Assembly: GCF_001194135.2 (NCBI RefSeq)
Contig: NC_068982.1
Location: 67,600,042 to 67,664,041, forward strand
Origin: Octopus bimaculoides
Taxonomy: Eukaryota
Length of the DNA stretch: 64,000 nt
Direction of reading: 5' to 3'
Position numbers and translations under genes: made by a program. Every line of letters begins with the position of its first letter. Within the stretch, counting starts at the first letter, position 1. Under the pieces are notes generated by a model. It searched no databases, was not told the origin of the DNA, and was given only the letters and a program-made list of their open reading frames with translations. Below are positions 22,920 to 35,890 of the stretch, one piece after another.

Positions 22920-23945
22920 ACTTGGTCATGTGTTTACATGAGAAACTTTTTCATCCCTAATATTAATCAAATTTCCATTCATTCTCATTATGTTAAAGCT
23001 TTCTTCTAAACATAATCTTGTTGTTAAACGAAGAAAATATCCTAAAAAGATTTGGAGAAACTGAAAATCCAGATCTAATTTTTTATTATTAAATATTTTA
23101 ACATATTTAGAGTTCTTGAAGTTTTTATTAATTATCGTTCTAATGGATCTAATAAAGTTAGATTTGAAATGTTTGGCCAAAGAGATTATAATCCAAGTGG
23201 TGTTATTGTTGTTTGCTTTATTAAAAGGTTGTGTTGTGTTTAGAGGGTCAGCTATTCTCATACAAGGTATTGGTTTCTTTTTTGCTATTTTATTCCTACC
23301 CTTATTAATTTGAGTGCTATGGTTATACATGGTATTGAAGGAATTTGGCGTGTTTAGATTATTCTTATTTTTTTTCTGCTTATTGGCATAATGTTCCTAT
23401 TTTTATCTCTAATTGTACAATTGTGTTGTTTGTTGTTCCTTGGTTTATTTATATTAGTGTGGTTAGGAAGGTGGTAATTACTAAAATTTATTTTATTCTG
23501 TTCGTTAGTAAAATTTTGGTTGTGGTGCTCGTATTGGTTGTGTATTTTAGTATGGTTATTGTAGTGATGATTGTCGTGTTTTTGTTGATGTTATGTTTAT
23601 GACTCTTATTGAGAGTTTTTTTATACGTTTATTAGGGTGTACTAATTCGTCAGATGACTTGGATTTACTAATATTATCTATGTTGTTCGTTTCATGATTT
23701 TGTTTGATATGATTAGTACTAGTGTTGTTGTTTTTATTATACATAATTTCATATTTATATCCTGCCTTCTTAAGTGCCAGATTATAATAGTCCTTATGTT
23801 TGTTAAATATTTCCTCGTTAAATGATAGTAGATTTATTCTTCTCTCTATGTTAATGGTCAGGTTTTCTATAATGTTATAAGGATGGTTACTGTTCACATT
23901 TATGCATGTAATATTGGTGTTAGGTTTATGGTAAGGTTGGTGGAT
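22920..23945 (-). mobile_element. Decayed Penelope-like element (RT thumb to GIY-YIG end)
   Basis: YHKPNTNITCINVNSNHPYNIIENL...IERRINLLSFNEEIFNKHKDYYNLALKKAGY resembles the PLE RT thumb; KNFKNSKY and LCLEES...NLINIRDE resemble the PLE endonuclease C-terminus. Confidence 0.75.
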
Positions 23946-25043
23946 AGAAGATTGAAGTTGACGTCTATGTGAAAGTATGTAGACTTTTACCTGAAATTCA
24001 TAGACAGGCGAGTTAACTTGCTCCAGATCGATCCTATGTAGGAGTGATGGATATCGATATTTCACTATCTTGCTTATCAACATCACATGTAGTGCAATGA
24101 GGGAGTCGTCTGTCAGGTACTCTACTCGCAGTGAAAAGGCGAACAAAGTAAATACATTTAGCATGTGTGGTCGATTATATTTACATGACTAGCGCTGCTT
24201 TTAATTCGTTGCTGAATTTAATCTTTTGTAGGCGTCGTCGTGGTACACCAGCAAGTAGTTTTTACACAATCTATATATAGTCATAGACTGACGACTCAGT
24301 TCGTCATCGGCCCGATTCAGGTACATGATGTTGATAATCCAGAAAAATGACCAAATTTTGATATCCATCACCCATGAATGGGATCTAGGGTGACCTGAGT
24401 CGCCTGTCTAAGAATTACATACATACACACACATACACACCTACACATGTGAGCGCATACGTGAAAAACAAGGTGGGAAGGATGGTACTCGAATACAAAG
24501 GTAGAGTAAAATAGTATTTTATAGAAGATGAAAAGGCTACAGAAAATGTTACTCAGAGTCTCACTTAACTGATCATCAGTCAGTCGTGAGTATTTAGAAC
24601 AATGCCTTGTACGCAATATTCAAGGAATACATACATACATGATGATTGCTTCATTTTGTCAGATGATAGCCGTCTCACATTTAATGAATAGTGAGACATC
24701 AGTACATTATTGGATTTAAGCGACAAAAGCTTGTACAATGCTGTTACCATTCTCTCTGTTGCCATAATAGCTTCTAGTGACAATCATTGCAAAATCAGCG
24801 GTACTATTTTGATTGCAAGTTTTATGTCAGAGTATCTTTCTCTTAGAAGAGCTGTCTTCTCCGCCGCTTTGTTACCCCTGGGAAATCTATTTAACCCATA
24901 GATGGAATCCTGACAGGTACTGCAATTACGGTTCAGAATGGACCTGGGAGTGATGGTAATTAAGGATGACTTTACCTTGGCACAACTGCAGAAATCTTGA
25001 ACTGGAGCCTCACAACCATATCAGCTTAGTATCTTAACCAGGA

Positions 25044-25174
25044 CATACATACAAACATACATACATACATACATACATACGTACGTACGTACGTACGTAC
25101 ATACATACATACATACATACATACATACATACATACGTACGTACGTACATACATACGTACATACATACATACAT
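25044..25174. repeat. (ACAT)n/(ACGT)n microsatellite
   Basis: Read directly from the sequence. Confidence 0.95.
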
Positions 25175-25559
25175 AGACTTCTATATAAGAAAAGATAGAG
25201 GACATTTACAAAAATACCATAAAGTATTCTATTCAACGCTCTAGCAATTCTACAAAATCTATCGTCAGTTACAGAGATTTAACATGTCATCCGTTGGGCC
25301 GTTCCCTACTTAACGTCATAAATCCACTTATAGATAGAACTTTTGAAACGTTTTGCACACTCCATATCACAAATTTAAAATAGACCAGCAATGTAAAAGA
25401 ATCAGCTTTGATATGGTGACTATATTTACGTTGGTTTCAGAAGATGAGATACAGTCAGTTGTCAAAACAAGGGCAAAGATAACATAATTTAAAATACTGA
25501 CTGATAGATTTTGAAGATGAGCCTAAGAATGGCTAATTTGCAAATAGATAATGAAATTT

Positions 25560-26300
25560 ACCCACGATTGGAAGAGATGGTTATGGGTTTGTAATTATCT
25601 TCAACAATGCTAAACATTTACATGGTGTTCTTCGAAGACTCAACTCAAGAAAATTGAACGCTGAAGCCCATAGGGTGGTTAATATATGTGTTGGTGACAC
25701 CGTCATACTCTGCCACCCAAGAAACGTTCGCTTTCTGGTAATCACACTAATTTACCACGTAGCGTGAAAAAGAAAGTTACAGCCAACTTTTATTCCTTGA
25801 TGTTCTGCTGGGAATGACAGACAGAAGTCATAACACCAGTGTATCGAATTATGAGCCTTGACGTTCATATAGTGTTATGAAAGGTATTATCAAATACCAC
25901 ATCACCAATCAAAAATTATCAGCACTACTGTATAAGATTATAAAGTAGAAGTGATCTAACTGACAAATATAAATCTCAAAACTACTCTCGTCTGCAAGGA
26001 ATAGCTTAAACCAAATTATGCTGTGACTCTACTTTACTGAAAGGGATTGTCTGAGAAAATTCAGGGAATCTGCAACGGACAGCTTTTGTGATCAAAAGTA
26101 TCAAAACAATTCGCGTAGCAATGGCTAGAACACAAAACGTACATCTACGACATCCCATGTGTTTGTAGAAGGCCTTCTAAATTAAAAACTAGAACACAGA
26201 GAAGACTTAATGAGAAGGCGGTTGAAGATATAGTGTGTAAAATATGATAGAATGAATGAAATTTCTACCATTTATAGAGGATCACGGTGAAACCTTAGAA
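25560..26300 (+). mobile_element. Possible highly decayed non-LTR RT remnant
   Basis: Only loose motif traces, such as GGAATCTGCAACGGACAGC resembling G(I)xQGDS; many stops and frameshifts. Confidence 0.2.
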
Positions 26301-27031
26301 AAACCAAAGAAGCTGTATATAAAATGCTTGCTGAGAATCCAGTCAGCAAACCCAGCACTGGCATCAACATAAGATAGCTATACATAACCTAAAAGCAATG
26401 TGTTGCCTATACATTTGTTGGGACTGTGATCTAGTGGATATGAAAGGATCAGACAGTTGGTGACGACCGGAGATCAAACCATCAAGAAAAAGTTACAGTT
26501 AAGCAAAATTACCTACTATATATTGAGCCCTCTCACCAACAGTCCAACATATTCAATACAATTTTAAAACAATGTATGTATTGAAAAAAATTCAAAAGAA
26601 TTTTTTTACATTCTAACAAAACTCTCTCAAAAATTGCAATATACAGTAATTTTATTTAGGCTAATTGAAATTAGTTACCTTTAAAAGTGTCTATAAAAAT
26701 ACTACATTGCTATACACAACAGGAGAAAATATTAGATATATCTAATAAATCATATAAAAATATATTGAAATAATTAAGAAAGTACGACATATAGCAGTCT
26801 TTTGAAGTATGTGAATTCAATTTTTAGTCTATATGTAACATAAAAAATGTAATTTGTGAAAGCGAAAACTTTACAGAAGTCCTTTTTTTCTGTTACAAAT
26901 AAAGCAATAATTTTCTTTCATTTTTGGCAAATATTTAATTTTTTTCAAATTTCCAATAAAAGTTCCTCTACAAGTAGAAAAAAATTCGATATTTATTTAC
27001 AAATCGCTCTCCCATGAGATATTATTTCATG

Positions 27032-27103
<72 letters not shown>

Positions 27104-28395
27104 AGCATTTATATTAAGTTATTAGATTTGATAAACCAAATCAAATTTTCGTTTTTTGTTTTTACAAAATACATGAGTGGAGCCTGCTTTATTCTCTTTC
27201 AGATCGATAAACTTCACACTGCTTCTCAAAATTTTGTACGTATTTAGTATGCTCAAAAGATTGTCGCATCGAATCCTAGAATCAGCGGGTTTGGAATTAA
27301 TGAATAAATTATCCAATCTATAAGTCACAAACTAAAATCTTACTTTTCGCTATTCTTTCGTCAATGATAATTACAATCAGAACTAAGAAATTTATTATTT
27401 ATACAGACAATAGTCTAATAATTTTTTTGCTATCTGCTACTGAATGGTTTAGGTCATGTTGACATTTTGAATTTATTTACGAAGACTTTATTTATAAGCC
27501 TAAAAAAATATAGGCGTTGGTTATACGAAAATGTGATACATAATTCATGACTGAACAAGACAAAATAATAACCATAAGTTATGGCCGCAGATGTTTTATT
27601 GCTATTCATGTTTTTGCTGTTGTTGCAAGTGTTATCATTGCTAATTTATTTTCCGAAACTTACAATGAATAAAATAAAAAAATCTAAATAATAAAGCAAG
27701 TTAAAGTGAAGATATATTTCTTTTGCTGATAATTTTATTATTGATATAAAACCAGAGACTGAATGATGCTGCCGATGATGATGATGATAATAGTCATGAT
27801 GGCGTTGACGATGAGGAAAGCATAGTGTCTCTATTGACGGTGTACATTGGTAACAAAGGTAATCATGATCATGATCATTGGTAATGGTACAGAGTAATAA
27901 ACAACGATTGAATAAAAACAATGATAAACTTGAACAGAATAGAAAAAAAAAAAAAGAAAATGAAACTGACATATGTTAAGAGAAAAAAATCGAAAAAGAG
28001 AGATGTTTATTTTTTAGATAAACATTGCAATATGATAAATGTATTTGAAGTTAATACAATAAAGAAAATTATATCATAAATAAGGGAAGAAAATTACATT
28101 ACGTGCATGAACTATAAGTTAGAAATTGCTGAGATGAGTTAATTCTTATGAGACGATGTAAGAAAATGTTAAACGAATGGGTTTATTCTAATGTAGAACA
28201 CTGAGTAACATATAGCAAAATATATATTCGTTATGCAAAATATGACAGAGACGTGACATTATTGTTTCTGGTATAGAAAAAATAGTAACGAATGCCAATG
28301 GTGAGCTTTATTTCTGTAAGATATTTTTTTAGATAACGTTTTATAAACACATATGCAGGTACACACGTGTGAGGAAATGTATATTTATGAAAGAC

Positions 28396-28620
28396 ATCTT
28401 TTATCTCTTACTTGTTTCAGTCATTGGACTGCTGCCATGCTGGGAGACTGCTTTGAAAGATTTGGTCTAATAAATCGACCCCGATACTTATTTTACTAAA
28501 GTTTGGTACTTATTTTATCGGTCTCTTCGCCGAACTGCTAAGTTACAGAGACCTAAATAAACCAATACTGGATGTCAAGCAATGATTGAGGGACAAACAC
28601 AAAGACACACACACACACAC
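28396..28620 (-). mobile_element. 3' half of SINE family C
   Basis: Homologous to 33018-33230. Confidence 0.7.
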
Positions 28621-28649
28621 AAATTTCATATCTGTGCATTTTCTGATTT

Positions 28650-29790
28650 TCATTTAAATCTTGTGGTGACGCTACAGATAAATTAGTGAGCCAGATTACG
28701 ACGGAGCAGCTGTAATGGCAGGAACGTTAAACGGAGTACAGAGCAAGCTAAGGGACAAAGAAATTAAACACGCGCACTTCATTCACTGCTATGCGTATAA
28801 ACTTAACTTAGTCTTAAGTAAAAGTGCCAAGAAGGTGAGTGGAGTAAAACTGTTTTTTTCTCATTTACGCGCATTTAGTAAATTTACATCTTTCAGTACC
28901 AAACGGAAAAACGTTTCCAGGCAGTTTAATGTTAGTATTTCATCACTGTGCGAAACAAGATGGTGCTGTTGTTCAAAGATTGTGTCATCCATAAAACTAT
29001 TGCATGAAAACTTTAAAAATGCCTTCACAAGTATTCTAGGCTCTAGGGATGAAGATACACTTTGTCAAACAGACAATCTATTGGCAAAGTTGAATGATTT
29101 CACATTCATGTTTTTCATCAATTGCTTTCATAACATACTTTCTCAGGCTGGAAAAGTCTTTGATATCCTACAGTGTAAGCTACTCGACATAAAGCATGGT
29201 CATTCATTGTGTTGAAGGTTATCGCAAGGACGAACATTATAAAAACATTCTGCGCGATACAGCTGCTGTTACTGAACAGGCAGATGAGTCCGATCCTCCT
29301 CTAAGAAAAAGAGTCAGAGGTGCACAAATTAATTACAAAACTACCTATTTCGAAATAAGGGATAACAGTCTAATGTCCTTACGAGAGAGATTTTCTGGCA
29401 TTCAGGAGTATGCATTTTTTTAATTACTAGACATTATTAAGTTTAAAGAGTTTGCTAACTAGTTTCCTATGCAACATATGGATTCTCAAGAAAACAAGTA
29501 TCCCTGTATTTTTGACTGTAAGAGCTTGGTGAACGAACTAAAATCCATTAAACTATTTAAGTTAGTACTGACCATCCACTTAACATCGGTCGCTAACGAG
29601 AGAAGTTTCTCAACATTGGATAAAATCCGCTCATATCTGAGAAACACAATGACCCCAAAACGGCTGTCTTCACTGGCTCGTATTTCCATCGAAAAAAAGC
29701 ATTTTGAACGAGTTGGACAACAAGAAGCTGCATGACATGATATACATGATATTACACGAAAATTGATGTTATATCTAAAATCAAGGCCTC
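28650..29790 (+). mobile_element. Decayed hAT transposase (Tip100/Zaphod-like), C-terminal two thirds
   Basis: YDGAAVMAG, HCYAYKLNLVL, ETRW, and the dimerization domain TSVANERSFSTLDKIRSYLRNTMTPKRLSSLARISIEK; frameshifts and stops. Confidence 0.88.
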
Positions 29791-29982
29791 CATATTTAGC
29801 TAAAATTGCCTTCGACTTCAAGAAAGCAAAATTATTTCAGAAATTCCAGAATCTGAAAGCCTCCAAAATGGGGAATATTTTCGAGAGACAGAAGCACTAC
29901 AAACAGAAAATTCCCGAAAGCGTCAAGAAAACAAAAAAAGAGAAAAAAAAATGGGTGTTGCAGGCGAGTAGAAAACGAAGTG

Positions 29983-30557
29983 GGATCTTTTTTAAAACGG
30001 GGGCCACATTTTTCATTAACGAAACACTTTGAAACTTGGAACACTGGTAGAATGTGTCATATAAAACATCTTTTTCTCTTAGTCTTCTTTAAAAAAAAAA
30101 GAAATCCAGAAGTTATTCCATGTTAAAGTTGTCGTATTTCTGTAATTTCAACCAATCACTGACGTCCATTCAGCCGATATACATTAAGTGCCGACTACAT
30201 AAACAAACGATTCTGAAACAATTAACCCTAACCCTAACCCTAGGGTTAGGGTTAGGGTTAGGGTTAAAGCAAATTTAAAATGAAAAAAGCAAATAAAACG
30301 AAGGTATGGAGATTAAATACGCTTTACATCGCTTAATCAGCCAAAGGAGTAAATATAAACAACTGAATACTTGTCAGTGATTGGTTGAAACTATCGAAAT
30401 AAGACAATTTTTTACATGAAATAAATTCGAATACAAAAATATTTTTCTGTTCTATAACACAAAATAGATAAGTATACGAAGTTTGAAAGTCTTTCCGTAC
30501 CAAAAACACTACGTAAAACATTAATGAAAAATGTGGCCCCCGTTTTAAAATAGATCC
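29983..30557. mobile_element. MITE with about 37-bp TIRs, 8-bp TSD and central telomeric palindrome (copy 1)
   Basis: TSD ACGAAGTG at 29975-29982 and 30558-30565; TIR GGATCTTTTTTAAAACGGGGGCCACATTTTTCATTAA (one mismatch); (TAACCC)3-TA-(GGGTTA)4 at 30223-30266. Confidence 0.92.
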
Positions 30558-31072
30558 ACGAAGTGTAACATATAGGTGTTTTGTGCGGTCGACAAGCTGA
30601 AGTGAAAATGTAAAAGGTGGATTTATTTCAGGAAAAACGAAACGTTCCCAAAGTGAAGCTGATATATATCGTGTGAAATTGAGTTAGCATCAAAATTATA
30701 TAATACTATAGTCATAGCTCATGCCTAAGCTGGTTTGTGAATTGTAAATGGATAACGCCTTTACAATTAGGTCTCATGAATACGCTACTCCATTTTAAAA
30801 ATGCAAATATTCGATCGTTCCGAAATCTGAAAAAAAAAAAAGATAAATAAAATAAATAAAAAGAAAAAAAAACCTACTTCAGGTATCTTATATTTCAGAT
30901 AAAAAGATTATCAATTACATCAAAAAGTAAAAGCAGTTATAATGTATGGGTAACATTAAAAAATATTAACTGTTAAAATATGTAGGAAGTTATAAAATAA
31001 AAGTAGTTAGTAAATATATTACAAGTTAAAAGATAAAATTAATTAAAACGATATATGAGAAATTAGAATATT

Positions 31073-31269
31073 CTTTTCTATTCTAGGAAAAAGGCCCGAA
31101 ATTTTTGGGGACGGGGACAGTCGATTAGATCGACCCCAGTACGCGACCCCGAAAGGATAAAAGGCAAAGTCGACCTCGGTGGAATTTGAATTCAGAACGC
31201 AAAGACAAATGAAATATGCTAAGCATTTCGCCCGGTGTGCTAACGTTTCTGCCAGCTCGCCGCCCTGGG
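31073..31269 (-). mobile_element. SINE family A with 12-bp TSD
   Basis: TSD AATTAGAATATT at 31061-31072 and 31270-31281. Confidence 0.9.
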
Positions 31270-32090
31270 AATTAGAATATTGACAGCACACACATACACA
31301 CATATACACACTCTTACACACACACATACATACCTCCAGTCCTGAATATATGGTCATTTAGTGAGTCTCAACAAACATTAGTATTTGAAGTCCATTAGTG
31401 CACTAATTAGATTGTTCATTATTCGACAGGATTAGGAGCAAAACGCGAAAAAGTGAAAGAGATAATTAATTAATCATAAAATAAATTATAAAACAAAATC
31501 ATATCATCCAGGAAGGGAAATAAAGTCGGATTATGCAGATGAAAAATTTACAGAAGACAGAATATTACAGGGATGTGAAAGCGGGTGTATGTGTGTGCAG
31601 TAGTTAAATAAATCTTTTCACTGCGTACAGCATAGTAGTGAGTGTTGTTTACCTAGTAAATATGAGAATTTCATGTCGACACTGGAAGAAGAAGCATGAA
31701 TAGCAACGGAGAATAAATCAGCAAATACCTGAGACTGGCATTGTCCATGACTTGGTTGTACAGTTTTGAAAATGCAATCCAAAATAGCCGCTCGCCTTGA
31801 ATACTGGAATAGAACATAACCCGATAATGCGGCATGTAAAACATGCAAAATTTAGAAGATATGTACGAATCTACGAATATAACATAGACACATGGATACA
31901 CAAATACTTTGTGTGTGTATCCGTGTAAAAATTTCTCTGTAAATATATGCTATTGAAGTCAACCCCATGAGATGCATAGTTTACTTTAGAAGTTAAACAG
32001 TCAATTAACTTGTGTATTCTAATTAGTTAAATTGAAAAAAAAAAAAAAAAGATAGCAAATGGTGTTGAGTTTCTGATTTTTATAACCACA

Positions 32091-32192
32091 ACTTGTTACA
32101 TTATTCTACGAACTTGTTACATTATTCTACGAACTTGTTACATTATTCTACGAACTTGTTACAGTTTTCTACGAACTTGTTACATTATTCTA
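32091..32192. repeat. 21-bp minisatellite, about 4.9 units (ACTTGTTACATTATTCTACGA)
   Basis: Read directly; no spacers between units. Confidence 0.95.
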
Positions 32193-32374
32193 TGCTCATA
32201 GACATTTAATATTTTATGTTTTATGTTGGCCATTTTGTTTGTGCTGTCGAAACCAGATGAATGTTCTTTCAAATCAGCTCAGTTTTGAAGATCCTCTGTT
32301 GTAAGTAGAAAGAAATTTGCACAATGAATAATAGAAAATGTACAGCAAAAAGATTTCTTCTAACACACTTTTAC

Positions 32375-32482
32375 ATGGCTCGTTTTGCAACCACGTGGTT
32401 TTAGGTTCAGTCTTACTGCCTGACACCCTGGGTAAGTACGTTCTGTTGTAACCCCTGGTTGATCAATGCTTTGTGAGTGAAC
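32375..32482 (+). mobile_element. Old SINE family C head fragment
   Basis: CAACCACGTGGTTTTAGGTTCAGTC...CACCCTGGGTAAGT resembles the reverse complement of 33290-33400. Confidence 0.55.
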
Positions 32483-32714
32483 AATAGGGCGCCACTTCAA
32501 TGCCGTTAGATATAATGACACTGATCCAAAATACGACAGACAGATAGAGTCTATTGGTCGGCAGTTTAAACAGGAGATTTGAATGCCAGATATGTCAAAA
32601 ATTATTCTGATGGCAAGGCTAACAACACAGTTTTCTCCAATTTTCTCTAGATCGAGCGTCGACTAGTGAGAGGCACAGGATAGTATGTTTTTCAGTAGAT
32701 CTGCATTGACAAGG

Positions 32715-32715
<1 letters not shown>

Positions 32716-32764
<49 letters not shown>

Positions 32765-33545
32765 ATAATAATAATAATAATAATAATCTACCTATCATTT
32801 CAGGTGTGTTGTCCTAGCCAAAACCACACTTTCTCTCCTAGCATTCCTGTCTTCTATAACATTTTTGTGGCCTTCTATGTCTTCGACATAACAAAATATC
32901 ATTCTGAAAATTCCTATGGCTCAGGGTCCATAAGAGAAACTCCCCCACTAATTCGTCTTCGCTTCGATAGCAATTGCCAGCATATCTTGTCCTCCATTCT
33001 CGAATGATTGATGATATACTCTTTTACTCTTTTATTTGTTTTAGTCATTTGACTGCGACCATGCTGGAGCACCGCCTTTAGGCGAACAAATCGACCCCAG
33101 AACTTATTCTTTGTAAGCCTAGTACTTATTTTATCGGGCTCTTTTGCCGAACCGCTAAGTTACGGGGACGTAGACACACCAACATCGGTTGTCAAGCGAT
33201 GAGTGAGGGGGGGGGGCAAACACAGACATACAAACATATATGTATATATATACATACACACACAACGGGCTTCTTTCAGTATCCGTATACCAAATCCACT
33301 CACAAGGCTTTGGTCGGCCCGAGGCTATAGCAGAAGACACTGGCCCAAGGTGCCACGCAGTAGGACTGAACCCAAAACTATGTGGTTGGTAAGCAAGCTA
33401 CTTACCACAGCCACTCCTGCGTCTGGGGACATACCTGATACCGCTCCTGTGTTGGGGATATTTCCATAAAGCTCTTCTTTTGTTGGATGTTGTTTCCATG
33501 ATTTGTTGAAAACCGCACGCAACAGACGTCTCTTGGTTCCACCAA
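32716..33545 (-). mobile_element. RTE-type LINE 3' end with (TAC)/(TAA) tail, interrupted by SINE C
   Basis: Minus strand MRAVFNKSWKQHPTKEELYGNIP (33423-33522) continues as IREWRTRYAGNCYRSEDELVGEFLLW (32900-33005). Confidence 0.75.
33018..33424 (-). mobile_element. Full-length tRNA-headed SINE family C with internal (TA/CA)n
   Basis: Minus head GCAGGAGTGGCTGTGGTAAGTAGCTTGC...GGGTTCAGTCCTAC...GTGGCACCTTGGGC with A/B-box-like motifs. Confidence 0.85.
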
Positions 33546-33639
33546 GCTAGTTTTCTATTTTTTTTTGAATCATAGTGAAGAACTTTGGTACTTATCTCGG
33601 AAGTGATATCTCATCCACTGCAAAAAGTACATCAATCCG

Positions 33640-33691
33640 AATGATGATGGTGATGAGGATAACAACAACAACAACGACAACAATAATAATA

Positions 33692-33726
<35 letters not shown>

Positions 33727-33800
33727 GATGATGATAATAATAATAACAACAACCACAAGAAGAAGAAGAAGAAGAAGAAGAAGAAGAAGAAGAAGAAGGA
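33640..33800. repeat. Compound trinucleotide array AAC-AAT-GAT-AAT-AAC-AAG
   Basis: Read directly from the sequence. Confidence 0.95.
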
Positions 33801-34734
33801 ATGTTAAGTGATGCTTACCAAGGGTTTCATGAATAGGTATCATAAAGTAGACTTAAATCAATTGTCGTAACTTTTCTGACTGTCTTCATATGCAGTATTA
33901 GAAATTTCAGTTTCGTATTCCATATTTTGCATGGAGACTTGTTTCACAGTCCTGAGTGCTTTTAAATTGAGACAATTTTTTCCATGAAATCCTTGGAAGC
34001 ACTGTTAAATATGTGTTTTAGAAAACCCATTTCATTGAATGTATATTTTTTGCCTAATCGATCAGGATGAATATAACCCCAACTAGAAAGACAATGCCTA
34101 AATAGTTGTGACTGCATGCAGAGAAATACTACCAAAAATATTTTCATAAAAATATTTAATAACGAATATTTTCGAAGACTACGTTCACTTTTGCTCCGAG
34201 TTAATAGAACAATTTACCTTTTTCCATTCAGTTTATAAAGAATAAAAACATATATATCAACTCTCAGCAGGAACAACATCACTTCCTTTTTATTCATGGG
34301 AAATTTTTGCCTGCAAACCACCTGGTACCATAATAAAGCATTTATTTTGGAAGATTGTTATTTAGAAACGTTAATAGCTTAAACGAAAGACACCACAATC
34401 TTATATTCAGTCTGGCTTGCCTACGAACTGCGTGATTTCCCCTGGATTAGATAATACAGTGATTTTGAAAGGAATGTCATTATCTGTGTGGAGAAACGAG
34501 AAAAATTGACAATAGTTAGTTTTATCTCAAAAATAATATACAATGCAATATGTCGTCTATTGTCAGTATATGACAATCTATAATAAAGTAAATATTTATT
34601 ATTGATTTTTTTTTATATCACAGGGTTATTTATTGGTTGCAGGGATAAAATATAGAATCGATCTCAATGCATGCGGAGTAGTAGTTTTTATTCATACTAG
34701 GGAGTTGGGGGTGTAAAAATTCAATCTCTACAAT

Positions 34735-35158
34735 GGTTTCTGATTTAGGCACAAGGACAGCAATCAGTAAAGTACACGACTAGTACTTTATTTTATCGAT
34801 CCCGAAAAGCACGTTGACCAGGATTTGGACTCAGTACGTAAAGTAGTACAACCAAATAGCACAAGAAATTTTGTCCGGCGCACTACCAACTCTGACAATT
34901 CACCGCCTGAACAACAACAACAACAACAATATCATGAATAACGATGGTTTCAAATTTAGGTACAAGGCCTGCAATTTTGTCAGTGGGGGTACAAGTCAAT
35001 ATCATCAACCCTAGTACTTGTCTGGTACTTTATCTTATCAACCTCGAAATGATGAAGGGTATATCTGATCGGAAGGATTTAAACTCAAAAGGTAGAGAGC
35101 CGAAATAAAATACTGCGATGAATATTCTCCATACTCAACGATTTTGCCAGTTCACTAG
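34735..35158 (-). mobile_element. Two old tandem SINE family A copies (34735-34907 and 34946-35158)
   Basis: Diverged homology to family A. Confidence 0.65.
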
Positions 35159-35479
35159 CTTTTTTCATTCTTCACAATGATATGTGCTAAATCGTGCAAT
35201 GCCAAACATTCTGCTCTTTATATGGTCGAATAGACTCCAAAGAGACTGGTGCTGTCCTGTGTCGGCAAGACGATAATAAGAGTACAGTGAACATGTCATA
35301 GGAAGTGGAAAAGTCAAAGTTTCGGACGGAGTTGTTCAGGGAATAGTTGACACCAAGTAATAATAATAATTAAAAAAAGAAGACAGCAAAGTTTTACATC
35401 CTCTAAGTTAGAAAATCTGGCTCGCACGCCTCCTACAATAACTGCATTTGTGACTAGTTATGGATGAATGAATATGTCC

Positions 35480-35705
35480 ATCCTCACCGATGAGGATGAG
35501 GGGTCTCAAACACACTCCTCGCTACACACGGCAGTCTCGTACTGCAGTTGCACTGCCCGTTAGGCTCCCTTCCTCGTCTAATCTTTAGTGTTACCACTCC
35601 ATCTTGTTTGCCGTTTGCGAGCTCTTTTTCTGTCTACCCACTCCACGAGAATGGGGACATAGACGTTTTGGGCTCTGAGAACGTGGTCAGCATATTACAA
35701 TTTCT
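35480..35705 (-). mobile_element. RTE-type LINE 3' fragment
   Basis: Minus strand YADHVLRAQ...KRARKRQTRW resembles the RTE C-terminus (YAGHVLR...GKRxRGRQRxxW). Confidence 0.5.
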
Positions 35706-35720
35706 GATCATATCACAAGA

Positions 35721-35890
35721 AGGTGGCGAGCTGACAGAATCGTCAGCACGTCGGACAAAATGCTTAGCAGCACTTCCTCTGGCTCTACGTTAAGTTCAAG
35801 TTTGCTTTTCATCCATTCGGGGTCAGTAAAAGTCAAGTACTGGGGTAAATGTATTCAACTTGTTCATTCCCCTCACAATTGCTGACTTTG
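35721..35890 (+). mobile_element. SINE family A, internally deleted
   Basis: Head AGGTGGCGAGCTGACAGAATCGTCAGCACG. Confidence 0.7.

Noticed and set aside
24285-24330. CTGACGA...TCATCGG near the PLE remnant
   Set aside because: No GAAA partner on either strand.
29841-29963. Phase-compatible exon candidate (KIPESESLQNGEYF...) with a GC-AG donor
   Set aside because: Lies immediately after the hAT ORF and resembles hAT subterminal sequence; its K/E richness follows from A-rich DNA.
30223-30266. Telomere-fusion scar or chromosome end
   Set aside because: Orientation is opposite to a fusion, and the tract lies inside a TSD-flanked element present twice.
31742-31816. 75-nt minus-strand exon candidate
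   Set aside because: Splice sites are plausible but there is no recognisable product or linked partner exon; likewise about 40397-40553 and 58508-58563.
32091-32192. CRISPR-like array
   Set aside because: Contiguous units without spacers in a eukaryotic context.
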